Of a DNA stretch of 64,000 nucleotides, positions 18,163 through 28,787 are shown one piece after another. The notes below the pieces were generated by a model. The model was not told where the DNA came from. It worked only from the letters and a program-made list of their open reading frames with translations, and did not search any database. Numbering within the stretch: the first letter of the stretch is position 1; every line of letters starts with the position of its first letter. The stretch lies in the NCBI RefSeq assembly GCF_013315695.1, contig NZ_CP054353.1; one strand, written 5' to 3'. The translations under genes were made by a program, and so were the position numbers. The stretch comes from Escherichia coli. Lineage in GTDB: Bacteria; Pseudomonadota; Gammaproteobacteria; Enterobacterales; Enterobacteriaceae.

Positions 18163-19326
18163 TTGTTCATCCTTAAATCTGTCATGAGGTTAAAACAAAT
18201 GAGTAAAGTCTTTATTTGCGCCGCTATTCCTGACGAACTGGCAACAAGGGAAGAAGGCGCTGTGGCTGTAGCCACAGCCATTGAAGCTGGCGACGAACGC
18301 CGTGCTCGAGCAAAATTTCACTGGCAATTCCTGGAACATTATCCGGCTGCTCAGGACTGCGCTTATAAATTTATTGTCTGCGAGGATAAACCTGGCATAC
18401 CCCGCCCTGCCCTCGATTCATGGGATGCTGAATATATGCAGGAAAACCGCTGGGATGAGGAGTCTGCTTCTTTTGTCCCGGTTGAGACTGAATCCGATCC
18501 GATGAACGTCACTTTTGACAAGCTGGCCCCTGAAGTACAGAACGCTGTCATGGTTAAGTTCGACACATGTGAAAACATCACCGTTGATATGGTTATTAGC
18601 GCACAGGAATTGTTGCAGGAAGACATGGCAACATTCGACGGACATATCGTTGAAGCGTTGATGAAAATGCCAGAAGTTAACGCCATGTATCCGGAGCTTA
18701 AGCTGCATGCCATCGGGTGGGTTAAGCATAAATGTAAGCCTGGTGCCAAATGGCCCGAAATTCAGGCAGAGATGCGCATCTGGAAAAAACGTCGCGAAGG
18801 TGAACGTAAGGAAACCGGAAAATACACGTCTGTTATTGATCTCGCCCGCGCCAGAACCAATCAACAGCACAGTGAAAATTCAACAGGAAAAATCAGCCCG
18901 GTCATTGCTGCCATTCATCGCGAATACAAGCAGACATGGAAAACACTGGATGACGAACTGGCCTACGCTCTCTGGCCTGGTGATGTGGATGCCGGAAACA
19001 TTGACGGCAGCATCCATCGCTGGGCAAAAAATGAAGTTATCGACAACGACCGCGAAGACTGGAAGCGTATCTCGGCATCAATGCGCAAACAGCCTGATGC
19101 CCTTCGCTACGACCGCCAAACTATTTTTGGCCTTGTCCGTGAGCGTCCGATCGACATTCACAAAGATCCCGTAGCACTGAACAAATATATCTGCGAATAC
19201 CTGACGACAAAGGGCGTGTTTGAGAATGAAGAAACAGACCTGGGCACTGTTGATGTTCTCCAGTCATCAGAAACACAAACTGATGCAGTGGAAACTGAGT
19301 ATTTCCAGACATCTGTTATCACTTAA
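18163..19326 (+). pseudogene. ydfE: ydfE-like prophage gene whose 3-prime end runs into IS2 (C-terminus replaced by IS-derived codons)
   Basis: ORF continues 27 bp past the IS2 boundary at 19300 before stopping; true start uncertain (candidates at 18199 or 18403). Confidence 0.55.
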
Positions 19327-20202
19327 CCCATTACAAGCCCGCTGCCGCAGATATTCCCGTGGCGAGCGATAACCCAGCGCACTATGCGGATGCCATTCGT
19401 TATAATGCTCGAACGCCTCTGCAAGGTTCTTTGCTGCCGTTAACCCGTCTGGTTTGGGCATGATACTGATGTAGTCACGCTTTATCGTTTTCACGAAGCT
19501 CTCTGCTATTCCGTTACTCTCCGGACTCCGCACCGCCGTGTTCTTCGGTTCAAGTCCCAACATCCGGGCGAACTGGCGTGTTTCATTAGCCCGGTAGCAT
19601 GAACCATTATCCGTCAGCCACTCCACTGGAGACGACGGAAGATCGTTGCCGAAGCGGCGTTCCACCGCTCCCAGCATGACGTCCTGTACTGTTTCACTGT
19701 TGAAGCCGCCGGTAGTGACCGCCCAGTGCAGTGCCTCACGATCACTGCAGTCCAGCGCGAACGTGACACGCAGTCTCTCTCCGTTATCACAGCAGAACTC
19801 GAACCCGTCAGAGCACCATCGCTGATTGCTTTCTTTCACGGCCACTCTGCCTGTATGTGCCCGTTTCGATGGCGGTACAGCAGGTTTTCGCTCAAGCAAC
19901 AGCGCATTCTGGCGCATGATCCGGTAAACACGTTTGGCATTGATCGCAGGCATACCATCAAGTTCTGCCTGTCTGCGAAGCAGCGCCCATACCCGACGAT
20001 AACCATACGTGGGCAGCTCTCCGATAACATGGTGTATACGGAGAAGCACATCCGTATCATCAGTGTGACGACTGCGGCGGCCATCCATCCAGTCATCGGT
20101 TCGTCTGAGAATGACGTGCAACTGCGCACGCGACACCCGGAGACAACGGCTGACTAAGCTTACTCCCCATCCCCGGGCAATAAGGGCGCGTGCGCTATCC
20201 AC
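19267..20202 (-). CDS. insD: IS2 transposase OrfB (InsD) with ~10-codon C-terminal extension into flanking DNA
   Basis: 311-aa ORF; body matches InsD through ...[11 protein letters not shown], then continues [10 protein letters not shown] because the normal stop lies in the missing IS2 terminus. Confidence 0.85.
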
Positions 20203-20616
20203 TTTTTTGCCCGTCCATATTCAACGGCTTCTTTGAGGAGTTCATTTTCCATCGTTTTCTTGCCGAGCAGGCGCTGGAGTTCTTTAATCTGCTTCATGGC
20301 GGCAGCAAGTTCAGAGGCAGGAACAACCTGTTCTCCGGCGGCGACAGCAGTAAGACTTCCTTCCTGGTATTGCTTACGCCAGAGAAATAACTGGCTGGCT
20401 GCTACACCATGTTGCCGGGCAACGAGGGAGACCGTCATCCCCGGTTCAAAGCTCTGCTGAACAATTGCGATCTTTTCCTGTGTGGTACGCCGTCTGCGTT
20501 TCTCCGGTCCTAAGACATCAATCATCTGCTCTCCAATGACTAGTCTAAAAACTAGTATTAAGACTATCACTTAAATAAGTGATACTGGTTGTCTGGAGAT
20601 TCAGGGGGCCAGTCTA
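19300..20616 (-). mobile_element. IS2 copy (1317 bp), missing ~14 bp of one terminus
   Basis: insC/insD ORF pair; one end GGTTGTCTGGAGATTCAGGGGGCCAGTCTA intact at 20587-20616; the other end matches IS2 only from TATTTCCAGACATCTG inward. Confidence 0.8.
20160..20525 (-). CDS. insC: IS2 OrfA (InsC)
   Basis: ORF 20160..20570 with internal start [41 protein letters not shown]... Confidence 0.85.
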
Positions 20617-21991
20617 TGAGGTATCTGATATCCCAAAAAATGAAACCGCGCCGGAAGCTGAACCATCTGTAGAGCGTGAGGGGCCGTTCTATTTCCTCTT
20701 CGCAGATAAGGACGGAGAAAAATGCGGTCGCGCAAACAAACTTTCTGGTCTGGATAAGGCACTGGCTGCTGGCGCCACTGAAATCACAAAAGAAGAATAT
20801 TTTGCCCGAAAAAATGGCACATACACGGGCTTACCGCAAAATGTAGATACCGCTGAAGATTCAGAACAACCAGAGCCGATAAAAGTTACCGCTGACGAAG
20901 TAAACAAAATTATGCAGGCAGCCAATATCAGCCAGCCTGACGCCGATAAGTTGCTTGCTGCATCACGTGGTGAATTTGTTGAAGGGATTAGTGACCCGAA
21001 TGATCCGAAATGGGTTAAGGGGATCCAGACCCGCGATTCTGTGAACCAGAACCAGCATGAATCGGAACGGAACTACCAAAAAGCGGAACAAAACAGCCCA
21101 AATGCGTTACAAAACGAGCCAGAAACGAAACAGCCTGAACCAGTGGCGCAACAGGAAGTGGAAAAAGTCTGCACCGCCTGCGGTCAGACCGGCGGCGGCA
21201 ACTGCCCTGATTGTGGCGCGGTGATGGGCGACGCAACATACCAGGAAACATTCGATGAAGAGTATCAGGTTGAAGTTCAGGAAGATGATCCGGAGGAAAT
21301 GGAAGGCGCTGAACATCCACACAAGGAGAACACTGGCGGCAATCAGCATCACGATAGCGATAATGAAACTGGCGAGACGGCAGATCGCTCAATTAAGGTG
21401 AACGGTCATCACGAAATCACATCCACCAGCAGGACGTGTGACCATCTAATGATCGACCTTGAAACCATGGGAAAAAATCCTGATGCCCCGATCATCTCAA
21501 TAGGTGCAATATTTTTCGATCCGCAAACCGGAGATATGGGACCGGAATTTAGTAAGACTATCGATCTGGAAACTGCTGGCGGAGTCATTGATCGGGACAC
21601 CATTAAATGGTGGCTTAAGCAATCACGCGAAGCGCAATCTGCCATTATGACCGATGAAATCCCGTTAGATGATGCACTGTTACAATTGCGGGAATTTATC
21701 GACGAAAACTCCGGTGAATTTTTTGTTCAGGTTTGGGGAAATGGAGCCAACTTCGACAACACGATTTTGCGCCGTTCATACGAACGGCAGGGGATCCCCT
21801 GCCCGTGGCGTTACTACAACGATCGCGATGTACGCACAATCGTTGAGCTGGGGAAAGCCATAGACTTCGATGCCAGAACGGCTATTCCATTCGAAGGTGA
21901 GCGCCATAATGCACTTGATGACGCCCGTTACCAGGCAAAATACGTTTCAGTTATCTGGCAAAAACTGATCCCGAGTCAGGCTGATTCTTAA
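20617..21991 (+). pseudogene. Prophage exonuclease-like gene, 5-prime truncated by IS2: zinc-ribbon motif plus C-terminal DEDDh 3-prime-5-prime exonuclease domain
   Basis: Reading frame is open from the IS2 edge with no start codon in host DNA; [16 protein letters not shown] motif; DEDDh motifs [27 protein letters not shown]. Confidence 0.5.
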
Positions 21992-22063
21992 TGTTCAACT
22001 GTCGCCGGTTGTGACTGGTATTCTGCAACCGGCGCTCGTCTGATGTAAGAGATAAAGAAATCG

Positions 22064-22315
22064 ATGAGCGAAGTAATCATGATTGTCTCTCCCGGCAAAT
22101 GGGTATCCGAAGAGCAGTTAATTGCGCTGAAAGGAATAAAAAAAGGTACGTTAAAAAAGGCCCGGGAAAAATCGTTTATGGAAGGAAGGGAATATAAGCA
22201 TGTCGCTCATGACGGTATGCCATGGGATAACAGTCCATGCTTTTACAACCTGGAAGAAATTGATCGCTGGATTGAGCGCCAGGCATCAGCGAGACCAAGA
22301 CGTCATCTTACTTGA
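22064..22315 (+). CDS. Putative excisionase-like small protein
   Basis: 83-aa ORF immediately upstream of the integrase gene on the same strand; assignment positional. Confidence 0.45.
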   Translation: MSEVIMIVSPGKWVSEEQLIALKGIKKGTLKKAREKSFMEGREYKHVAHDGMPWDNSPCFYNLEEIDRWIERQASARPRRHLT

Positions 22316-22349
22316 CTAAAAACCACACTAACTAATGAGAGAAGTTGAA

Positions 22350-23630
22350 ATGAAATATCCGACAGGCGTGGAAAACCATGGAGGGAAATTACGTATCTGG
22401 TTTGTTTATAAAGACGTAAGAGTCAGGGAAAATCTGGGGGTTCCTGACACAGCAAAAAACAGGCGCGTTGCAGGTGAACTACGCTCCTCTGTTTGTTACG
22501 CAATAAAAACTGGTGTTTTCGACTATGCAAAACAGTTTCCCTCCTCACGCAATCTGGAAAAATTTGGTGAGGCCCGACAAGATTTAACCATAAAAGAACT
22601 GGCTGAAAAATTTCTGGCACTGAAAGAAACTGAAGTCGCCAAAACATCACTCAACACATACCGTGCCGTCATCAAAAATATCCTGAGCATAATCGGTGAA
22701 AAAAATCTTGCCTCATCGATTAATAAAGAAAAATTACTGGAGGTTCGTAAAGAGTTACTGACTGGATACCAGATCCCCAAAAGTAACTATATTGTTACAC
22801 AACCAGGGAGATCGGCTGTAACTGTAAATAATTACATGACAAATCTTAACGCCGTGTTCCAGTTTGGTGTTGATAACGGTTACCTGGCAGATAATCCGTT
22901 TAAGGGGATCTCGCCATTAAAGGAATCAAGAACCATTCCGGATCCTCTTTCGCGGGAAGAATTTATCCGTCTTATCGATGCGTGCAGAAATCAGCAAGCA
23001 AAAAATTTATGGTGTGTTTCTGTTTATACTGGAGTTCGCCCTGGTGAGCTGTGTGCACTTGGATGGGAGGACATAGATCTGAAAAATGGAACAATGATGA
23101 TCAGGAGAAATTTAGCAAAAGACCGTTTCACGGTACCAAAAACACAGGCGGGAACCAATCGGGTCATTCATCTTATTAAGCCAGCAATCGACGCTCTCCG
23201 GAGTCAGATGACATTAACGAGACTGAGCAAAGAGCATATCATTGATGTTCACCTCAGAGAGTATGGCAGAACAGAAAAACAAAAATGCACCTTTGTTTTT
23301 CAACCTGAAATGTCAGCGAGAGTAAAAAATTATGGTGACCATTTTACCGTTGACTCAATAAGGCAGATGTGGGACGCAGCGATAAAACGTGCCGGACTCC
23401 GCCATCGAAAATCATATCAGTCGAGACATACTTATGCCTGCTGGTCGCTGACAGCTGGTGCTAACCCGGCATTTATAGCAAACCAGATGGGCCATGCAGA
23501 TGCGCAAATGGTATTTCAGGTATACGGAAAATGGATGTCTGAAAACAATAATGCACAGGTAGCTTTGTTAAATACACAGTTAAGCGAGTTTGCCCCAACC
23601 ATGCCCCATAACGAAGCAATGAAAAATTAA
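22350..23630 (+). CDS. intQ: Phage tyrosine integrase
   Basis: ORF 22335..23630; C-terminal catalytic region with ...HSQRHTYACWSLTAGANPAFIANQMGHADAQMVFQVYGKWM... (R..H..R..Y-type integrase features). Confidence 0.8.
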   Translation: MKYPTGVENHGGKLRIWFVYKDVRVRENLGVPDTAKNRRVAGELRSSVCYAIKTGVFDYAKQFPSSRNLEKFGEARQDLTIKELAEKFLALKETEVAKTSLNTYRAVIKNILSIIGEKNLASSINKEKLLEVRKELLTGYQIPKSNYIVTQPGRSAVTVNNYMTNLNAVFQFGVDNGYLADNPFKGISPLKESRTIPDPLSREEFIRLIDACRNQQAKNLWCVSVYTGVRPGELCALGWEDIDLKNGTMMIRRNLAKDRFTVPKTQAGTNRVIHLIKPAIDALRSQMTLTRLSKEHIIDVHLREYGRTEKQKCTFVFQPEMSARVKNYGDHFTVDSIRQMWDAAIKRAGLRHRKSYQSRHTYACWSLTAGANPAFIANQMGHADAQMVFQVYGKWMSENNNAQVALLNTQLSEFAPTMPHNEAMKN

Positions 23631-23818
23631 TTTAATATTTATCAAATAGTTAACACGCATGACTCTTGAAATCCATAAAATTCAAGCGCAGTGCCCAGCC
23701 ATCCCGATACTGCTGCTTTCACCAAATCCTTAGTGCTTCTTTCGTGTTTTTCTATTGTCATAATGGTTATCTCTAAAAAAGAGGTAAGATGCGTACTACT
23801 TACTCGCCGTTATTGGTA

Positions 23819-24838
23819 TTATTCAGAAAAAGTGAGTAAGACTTTGCAGCAATGCTTTTGATCCTGTTCAAATAAACTAATGGCATCAGCAACATGCTGG
23901 AAATCAAACGTATGGGTAATTAGTTTTTCTGGTTTAATTAACCCTTTACTTAACCAGTCGATAACGACCGGGAATTTATTTGCATTTAAGCGTGAAGAGA
24001 AAATAGAGAGTTCTTTTCCGGTAATTCCTTGCTGAATCACTTCAGACGGTTCACTGGAGAAGCCCATCAATACAATACGTGCCGCTGGAGAAGCCAGCGT
24101 TACGGCTTCTTTCAGGATTGAAGGATGACAAGCCGCATCGATAATTAATGTCGGCTTTATGCCTTTTTCAGCGAAAATCTCGCCAAGCGGTGTCTGGCTG
24201 TTATTAATCGCCCAGTCTGCCCCGCTCTCTTTCGCTTTTTCCAGTCGTTCATCAATGCGATCGGCAACAATCACATTCTTAACGTTATAGACGCCTTTTA
24301 ATACCTGAACGATCGTCAGGCCGATTGGACCTGCACCGTAAACCAGAACGGTATCATTTTCAGTCGGTTGACCATGACCGGTTACGTTCGCCGCAATGGT
24401 AAAAGGTTCGATCATCACCGCATATTGATCGGCCACTGCTTCAGGAATTTTCCACGCATTTTTTGCCGGCACCACGGCATATTCACTGAAACCACCGTCA
24501 GCGTGCACACCTAATACAGCCAGTGTCGTACAAACGTTCGGCTTACCTATAGAGCACGGATAGCAATGCCCACAGCTGACCACCGGATCGACAGCAACGC
24601 GTTCACCGACTCTGTCGCTTTCCACGCCTTCACCCACTGCATCAATGACGCCAAAGAATTCATGTCCAATGACGCGCGGATATTTCGCAAAAGGATTATG
24701 CCCACGATAAATATGGCTATCTGAACCACAAATTCCGGCAAGTTTCACTTTTACTCGTACTTCACCAGCTGACGGGGTGGGTATTTCGCGTTCGATAATT
24801 GCCAGTTGATTCGGTTTTTCAATTAAAATGCTTTTCAT
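23819..24838 (-). CDS. rspB: Zinc-dependent alcohol dehydrogenase family protein RspB
   Basis: ORF 23819..24862 with start MKSILIEKPNQ...; GHEFFG and CGHCYPC zinc-ADH motifs. Confidence 0.9.
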   Translation of the reverse strand: MKSILIEKPNQLAIIEREIPTPSAGEVRVKVKLAGICGSDSHIYRGHNPFAKYPRVIGHEFFGVIDAVGEGVESDRVGERVAVDPVVSCGHCYPCSIGKPNVCTTLAVLGVHADGGFSEYAVVPAKNAWKIPEAVADQYAVMIEPFTIAANVTGHGQPTENDTVLVYGAGPIGLTIVQVLKGVYNVKNVIVADRIDERLEKAKESGADWAINNSQTPLGEIFAEKGIKPTLIIDAACHPSILKEAVTLASPAARIVLMGFSSEPSEVIQQGITGKELSIFSSRLNANKFPVVIDWLSKGLIKPEKLITHTFDFQHVADAISLFEQDQKHCCKVLLTFSE

Positions 24839-24849
24839 TATCTTACTCC

Positions 24850-25860
24850 TTACCAGTTCCACAGCGTGCCATCTTCCAGACGTGCGACTGGCAGATAAGC
24901 AGGTTCATAGGGATATTTCGCCGCCAGCTTTTCATCGAATTCGATGCCAAGACCCGGTTTGTCTCCCGGATGCATATAGCCGTTATCAAAAGTCCAGTTG
25001 TGCGGGAAGACTTCAAGCATTTGTTCGGAATAACCCATGTATTCCTGGACACCGAAATTGGGGACCCACAGATCAAAGTGCAGCGCCGCAGCCATGCAGA
25101 CTGGCGACAAATCGGAAGGACCGTGTGAGCCAGTACGTACCTGATACAGCGAAGCAAAATCGGCAATCCGGCGCATACCGGTAATCCCCCCCGCGTGAGT
25201 CAGCGTGGTGCGGATATAGTCGATAAGTTGTTCTTCAATCAGCTGTTTGCAGTCCCAGATGCTGTTGAAGACTTCACCCACTGCAATTGGCGTGACGGTG
25301 TGTTGGCGAATCAGGCGGAAACACTCCTGGTTTTCCGCAGGCGTCGGGTCTTCCATCCAGAACATGCGATAATCTTCAATGCTTTTACCAAAGCGCGCCG
25401 CTTCAATAGGCGTTAAGCGATGGTGCATGTCATGCAGCAAATGTTCATTAAAACCAAACTTGTTACGTACCGCGTCAAACAATTTCGGCATGAAATCGAG
25501 GTATTTCTCCGTCGACCACAGCTGCTCTTCCGGCCACTGTCCTTTGGTTGCGGGTTCATAAGCCAGACCTTTACCTTTCGACATGCCATAGGTGGTTTTC
25601 ATACCAGGGATTCCGCACTGCACGCGGATGGCTTTGAATCCCAGCTCCTGATGACGGGCATAATCATCCAGAGCTTCATCAATACTGTGACCGGTGAGCT
25701 GCGGACAAAGGTGATCCTGCAAATAAGAGGCCACGGAAAGCTCACGTCCATTTAGGGTGGCATCCCCAAGGCCCGTAATACCGTCCTCAGTGGTGATTTT
25801 TAATGTGACGAAATTACGCCCCGGACAGGTAACAAAAACTTCAGCCTTTACGATCTTCAT
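24850..25860 (-). CDS. rspA: Mannonate-dehydratase-type enolase-superfamily protein RspA, apparently lacking an internal ~68-aa segment
   Basis: 336 aa from [17 protein letters not shown]...; N- and C-terminal parts match the ManD family but the conserved IGRD...WRRGPV...LWDIKAK...YQLLGG block is absent. Confidence 0.8.
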   Translation of the reverse strand: MKIVKAEVFVTCPGRNFVTLKITTEDGITGLGDATLNGRELSVASYLQDHLCPQLTGHSIDEALDDYARHQELGFKAIRVQCGIPGMKTTYGMSKGKGLAYEPATKGQWPEEQLWSTEKYLDFMPKLFDAVRNKFGFNEHLLHDMHHRLTPIEAARFGKSIEDYRMFWMEDPTPAENQECFRLIRQHTVTPIAVGEVFNSIWDCKQLIEEQLIDYIRTTLTHAGGITGMRRIADFASLYQVRTGSHGPSDLSPVCMAAALHFDLWVPNFGVQEYMGYSEQMLEVFPHNWTFDNGYMHPGDKPGLGIEFDEKLAAKYPYEPAYLPVARLEDGTLWNW

Positions 25861-26065
25861 GTTCGATTCCTTGCATCGCTTGTCGTGATGCATGAAATCT
25901 ACGCAACTGAGCTACTACCATACAAGTATGAAGATCAAAAAAAGCCGGAGTGATCACAAAAAAAGGCGTATATTTGCGCCGTGAATGGTTGACAAAAGAT
26001 GAAATAGAATACCTTTTGTCAGCTGACACTTCCTCGTATCTTATTGATAAAGTGGATTTATGTTC

Positions 26066-26392
26066 CTACGTGCGCCCCCAGCCCGCAACAATGATCAACA
26101 TGCCGCAAAGCGCAATCAACGCCCCCGTCCAGTCATAAAGAGTCAGTTTCACTCCATCCACAACGCGCAGCCAAATCAACGCCGTGCAGACATAAACGCC
26201 ACCATAAGCCGCGTAAACACGCCCACTCGCCGCAGGATGCAACGTTAACAACCAGACAAACAGCGCCAGTGAAATCCCTGCCGGAAGCAACAGCCAGATA
26301 CTGGCGTTTCGCTTCAACCACAGCCAGGGCAAAAAGCACCCAATAATTTCACACAGCGCAGTAGCAAAAAATAGTAACGTTGTTTTAATCAT
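26066..26392 (-). CDS. ynfA: UPF0060 family inner-membrane protein YnfA
   Basis: ORF 26066..26401, start [23 protein letters not shown]...; four hydrophobic segments. Confidence 0.85.
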   Translation of the reverse strand: MIKTTLLFFATALCEIIGCFLPWLWLKRNASIWLLLPAGISLALFVWLLTLHPAASGRVYAAYGGVYVCTALIWLRVVDGVKLTLYDWTGALIALCGMLIIVAGWGRT

Positions 26393-26526
26393 CTTTGTCA
26401 CTTATTGACATCATGTATAGTTATAGGACGACATAATATCATCAATATAAACACCCTCCTTGAACGTTTTGCGTTCGCAGTGGATGGTGTAGAATCAGCT
26501 TTAATCATTCATACAGGGAATGAATT

Positions 26527-26868
26527 ATGAAAATCACTCTCAGCAAACGAATCGGCCTGCTCGCTTTTCTGCTGCCTTGCGCACTGGCATTGAGCACAAC
26601 TGTTCGTGCCGAAACTAACAAACTGGTGATTGAGTCTGGCGACAGTGCACAAAGCCGCCAGCACGCCGCTATGGAAAAAGAGCAATGGAATGACACGCGC
26701 AATCTGCGCCAGAAAGTGAATAAACGCACTGAAAAAGAGTGGGATAAAGCCGACGCCGCTTTTGATAACCGCGATAAATGTGAGCAAAGCGCCAACATCA
26801 ATGCCTACTGGGAGCCAAATACTTTGCGCTGCCTGGACCGTCGAACTGGCCGCGTTATTACCCCCTAA
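26527..26868 (+). CDS. ynfB: Secreted protein YnfB (UPF0482)
   Basis: 113-aa ORF with signal peptide [28 protein letters not shown]. Confidence 0.85.
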   Translation: MKITLSKRIGLLAFLLPCALALSTTVRAETNKLVIESGDSAQSRQHAAMEKEQWNDTRNLRQKVNKRTEKEWDKADAAFDNRDKCEQSANINAYWEPNTLRCLDRRTGRVITP

Positions 26869-26902
26869 CCTGTTATTGATTTAAGGAATGTAAGGACACG
26901 TT

Positions 26903-27463
26903 ATGCCAAGCGCCCACAGTGTTAAGCTACGCCCGCTGGAGCGTGAAGATTTACGCTATGTACATCAACTCGACAATAACGCCAGTGTGATGCGTTACTG
27001 GTTTGAGGAACCCTACGAAGCCTTTGTTGAACTCTCTGATCTGTACGATAAGCATATTCACGATCAGAGCGAACGGCGCTTTGTGGTGGAATGTGACGGC
27101 GAAAAAGCCGGTCTGGTGGAGCTGGTGGAAATTAACCATGTTCATCGCCGCGCAGAATTTCAGATAATTATCTCCCCGGAATATCAGGGGAAAGGTCTGG
27201 CAACGCGTGCCGCAAAATTAGCAATGGACTATGGCTTCACCGTTCTCAATCTCTATAAGCTGTATCTGATCGTCGATAAAGAGAATGAAAAAGCGATTCA
27301 CATTTACCGCAAGCTTGGCTTTACGGTTGAAGGTGAATTGATGCATGAGTTCTTTATTAATGGTCAATATCGGAATGCCATTCGCATGTGCATATTCCAG
27401 CATCAGTATCTGGCAGAGCACAAAACACCGGGTCAGACTCTCCTGAAGCCGACCGCACAATAG
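26903..27463 (+). CDS. speG: Spermidine N1-acetyltransferase SpeG
   Basis: 186-aa [44 protein letters not shown]... (GNAT fold). Confidence 0.95.
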   Translation: MPSAHSVKLRPLEREDLRYVHQLDNNASVMRYWFEEPYEAFVELSDLYDKHIHDQSERRFVVECDGEKAGLVELVEINHVHRRAEFQIIISPEYQGKGLATRAAKLAMDYGFTVLNLYKLYLIVDKENEKAIHIYRKLGFTVEGELMHEFFINGQYRNAIRMCIFQHQYLAEHKTPGQTLLKPTAQ

Positions 27464-27465
27464 CA

Positions 27466-28176
27466 TTAATAATAATCGATAGTATTTTTGATGGTGTAAA
27501 CCCGTTCGACGGCGGGTTTTACTCCTTCATCAACAATGATTAGCTGACAGTCTACCGGATTGGCGTAACTGTCATATTCACAGCTCTGTTTTACATTACC
27601 AACCCGTTGATTATTCAGTAAAGTAACCGCTGTGTAATCTAATTTTTTGATCGGATCCGTTGATGGCGTAGCGCTAACAGATAATGTTTTGTCGTTACTT
27701 TTCGTGGTTTTACCCAGCGGATAACCCTGATCATCATAGCGATATTCCATCTGCATCTGTTTGCTGCTGGCTTTAATCACAAAGCCATTATCATCGGTTT
27801 CCCAACTCACCCCGGCAGAAGGTAATTCTGCTAGCTGGCATTTTCCCTGCAAACGAACTCTTTTCTCCAATGTCTGGGCATCACGGTAATAATTGGCGTC
27901 CAGTACCAGGGCAACCACGGTATTATTTTCCAGATCCAGTAATTCGAGAGAATCAAAACAGCCTTCTTCCGACAAAGTCCCCGAAACACGTTTCGTCACT
28001 TCACCTTGCTCATCCATTAATGTCTGAGTGAAATCTTTTACGGGACCACGCAGCGGATCAAAATCGAATTCATTAGAGAAACTGGCCATCTCCGGGGTAA
28101 ATGAAAGTGTTACCTCTGTGCGGTCACATCCTGTGAGGAATATCGCGAGTAAGCATGGCAGTAATTTGTATTTCAC
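27466..28176 (-). CDS. ynfC: Lipoprotein YnfC (UPF0257)
   Basis: ORF 27466..28212; probable GTG start giving MKYKLLPCLLAIFLTGC lipoprotein signal. Confidence 0.8.
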   Translation of the reverse strand: MKYKLLPCLLAIFLTGCDRTEVTLSFTPEMASFSNEFDFDPLRGPVKDFTQTLMDEQGEVTKRVSGTLSEEGCFDSLELLDLENNTVVALVLDANYYRDAQTLEKRVRLQGKCQLAELPSAGVSWETDDNGFVIKASSKQMQMEYRYDDQGYPLGKTTKSNDKTLSVSATPSTDPIKKLDYTAVTLLNNQRVGNVKQSCEYDSYANPVDCQLIIVDEGVKPAVERVYTIKNTIDYY

Positions 28177-28283
28177 AACAGTCACATGAGAGTAGAGATG
28201 ATTCTCAATCATAGTAGCAAATACAGTACTTTACACGTTAAATGCTATGCTTAAAGAAGTTATCTTCGCGTAAGGAGCTTATG

Positions 28284-28589
28284 ATGAAACTCTCAACCTG
28301 CTGTGCCGCGCTTCTGCTCGCCCTCGCCTCACCCGCGGTACTCGCCGCGCCGGGATCCTGTGAGCGCATACAGACCGATATATCACAGCGCATTATCAAT
28401 AATGGCGTACCCGAAAGCAGCTTCACGTTAAGTATTGTACCCAATGACCAGGTTGATCAGCCTGATTCCCAGGTCGTCGGGCATTGCGCTAATGATACGC
28501 ATAAAATTCTCTACACCCGCACCACCAGCGGTAACGTCTCTGCTCCCGCGCAGTCTACCCAGGATGGCGCGCCTGCCGAACCGCAGTAA
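28284..28589 (+). CDS. ynfD: Secreted protein YnfD (DUF1161)
   Basis: ORF 28242..28589 with start MKLSTCCAALLLALASPAVLA (signal peptide). Confidence 0.8.
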   Translation: MKLSTCCAALLLALASPAVLAAPGSCERIQTDISQRIINNGVPESSFTLSIVPNDQVDQPDSQVVGHCANDTHKILYTRTTSGNVSAPAQSTQDGAPAEPQ

Positions 28590-28787
28590 CACATTATCGA
28601 CTGAACGCCGGATACGACACATCCGGCGATTTGAACATACAACATAATCCCACCTTATTACTCATACCCTTCTATTGATATGGATTAATAATTCTTAACC
28701 CAAAATAGGTAGACTCCCTCTATTGTTAGCGCGCTAAATATTCAATATATAAACTTTTATATAACGATAAAGAACAGGGAGTGAGTT

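Noticed and set aside
23631-23818. Prophage attachment-site core between the integrase gene and rspB
   Set aside because: The matching left junction is outside the window, so no direct-repeat core could be identified from this sequence alone.
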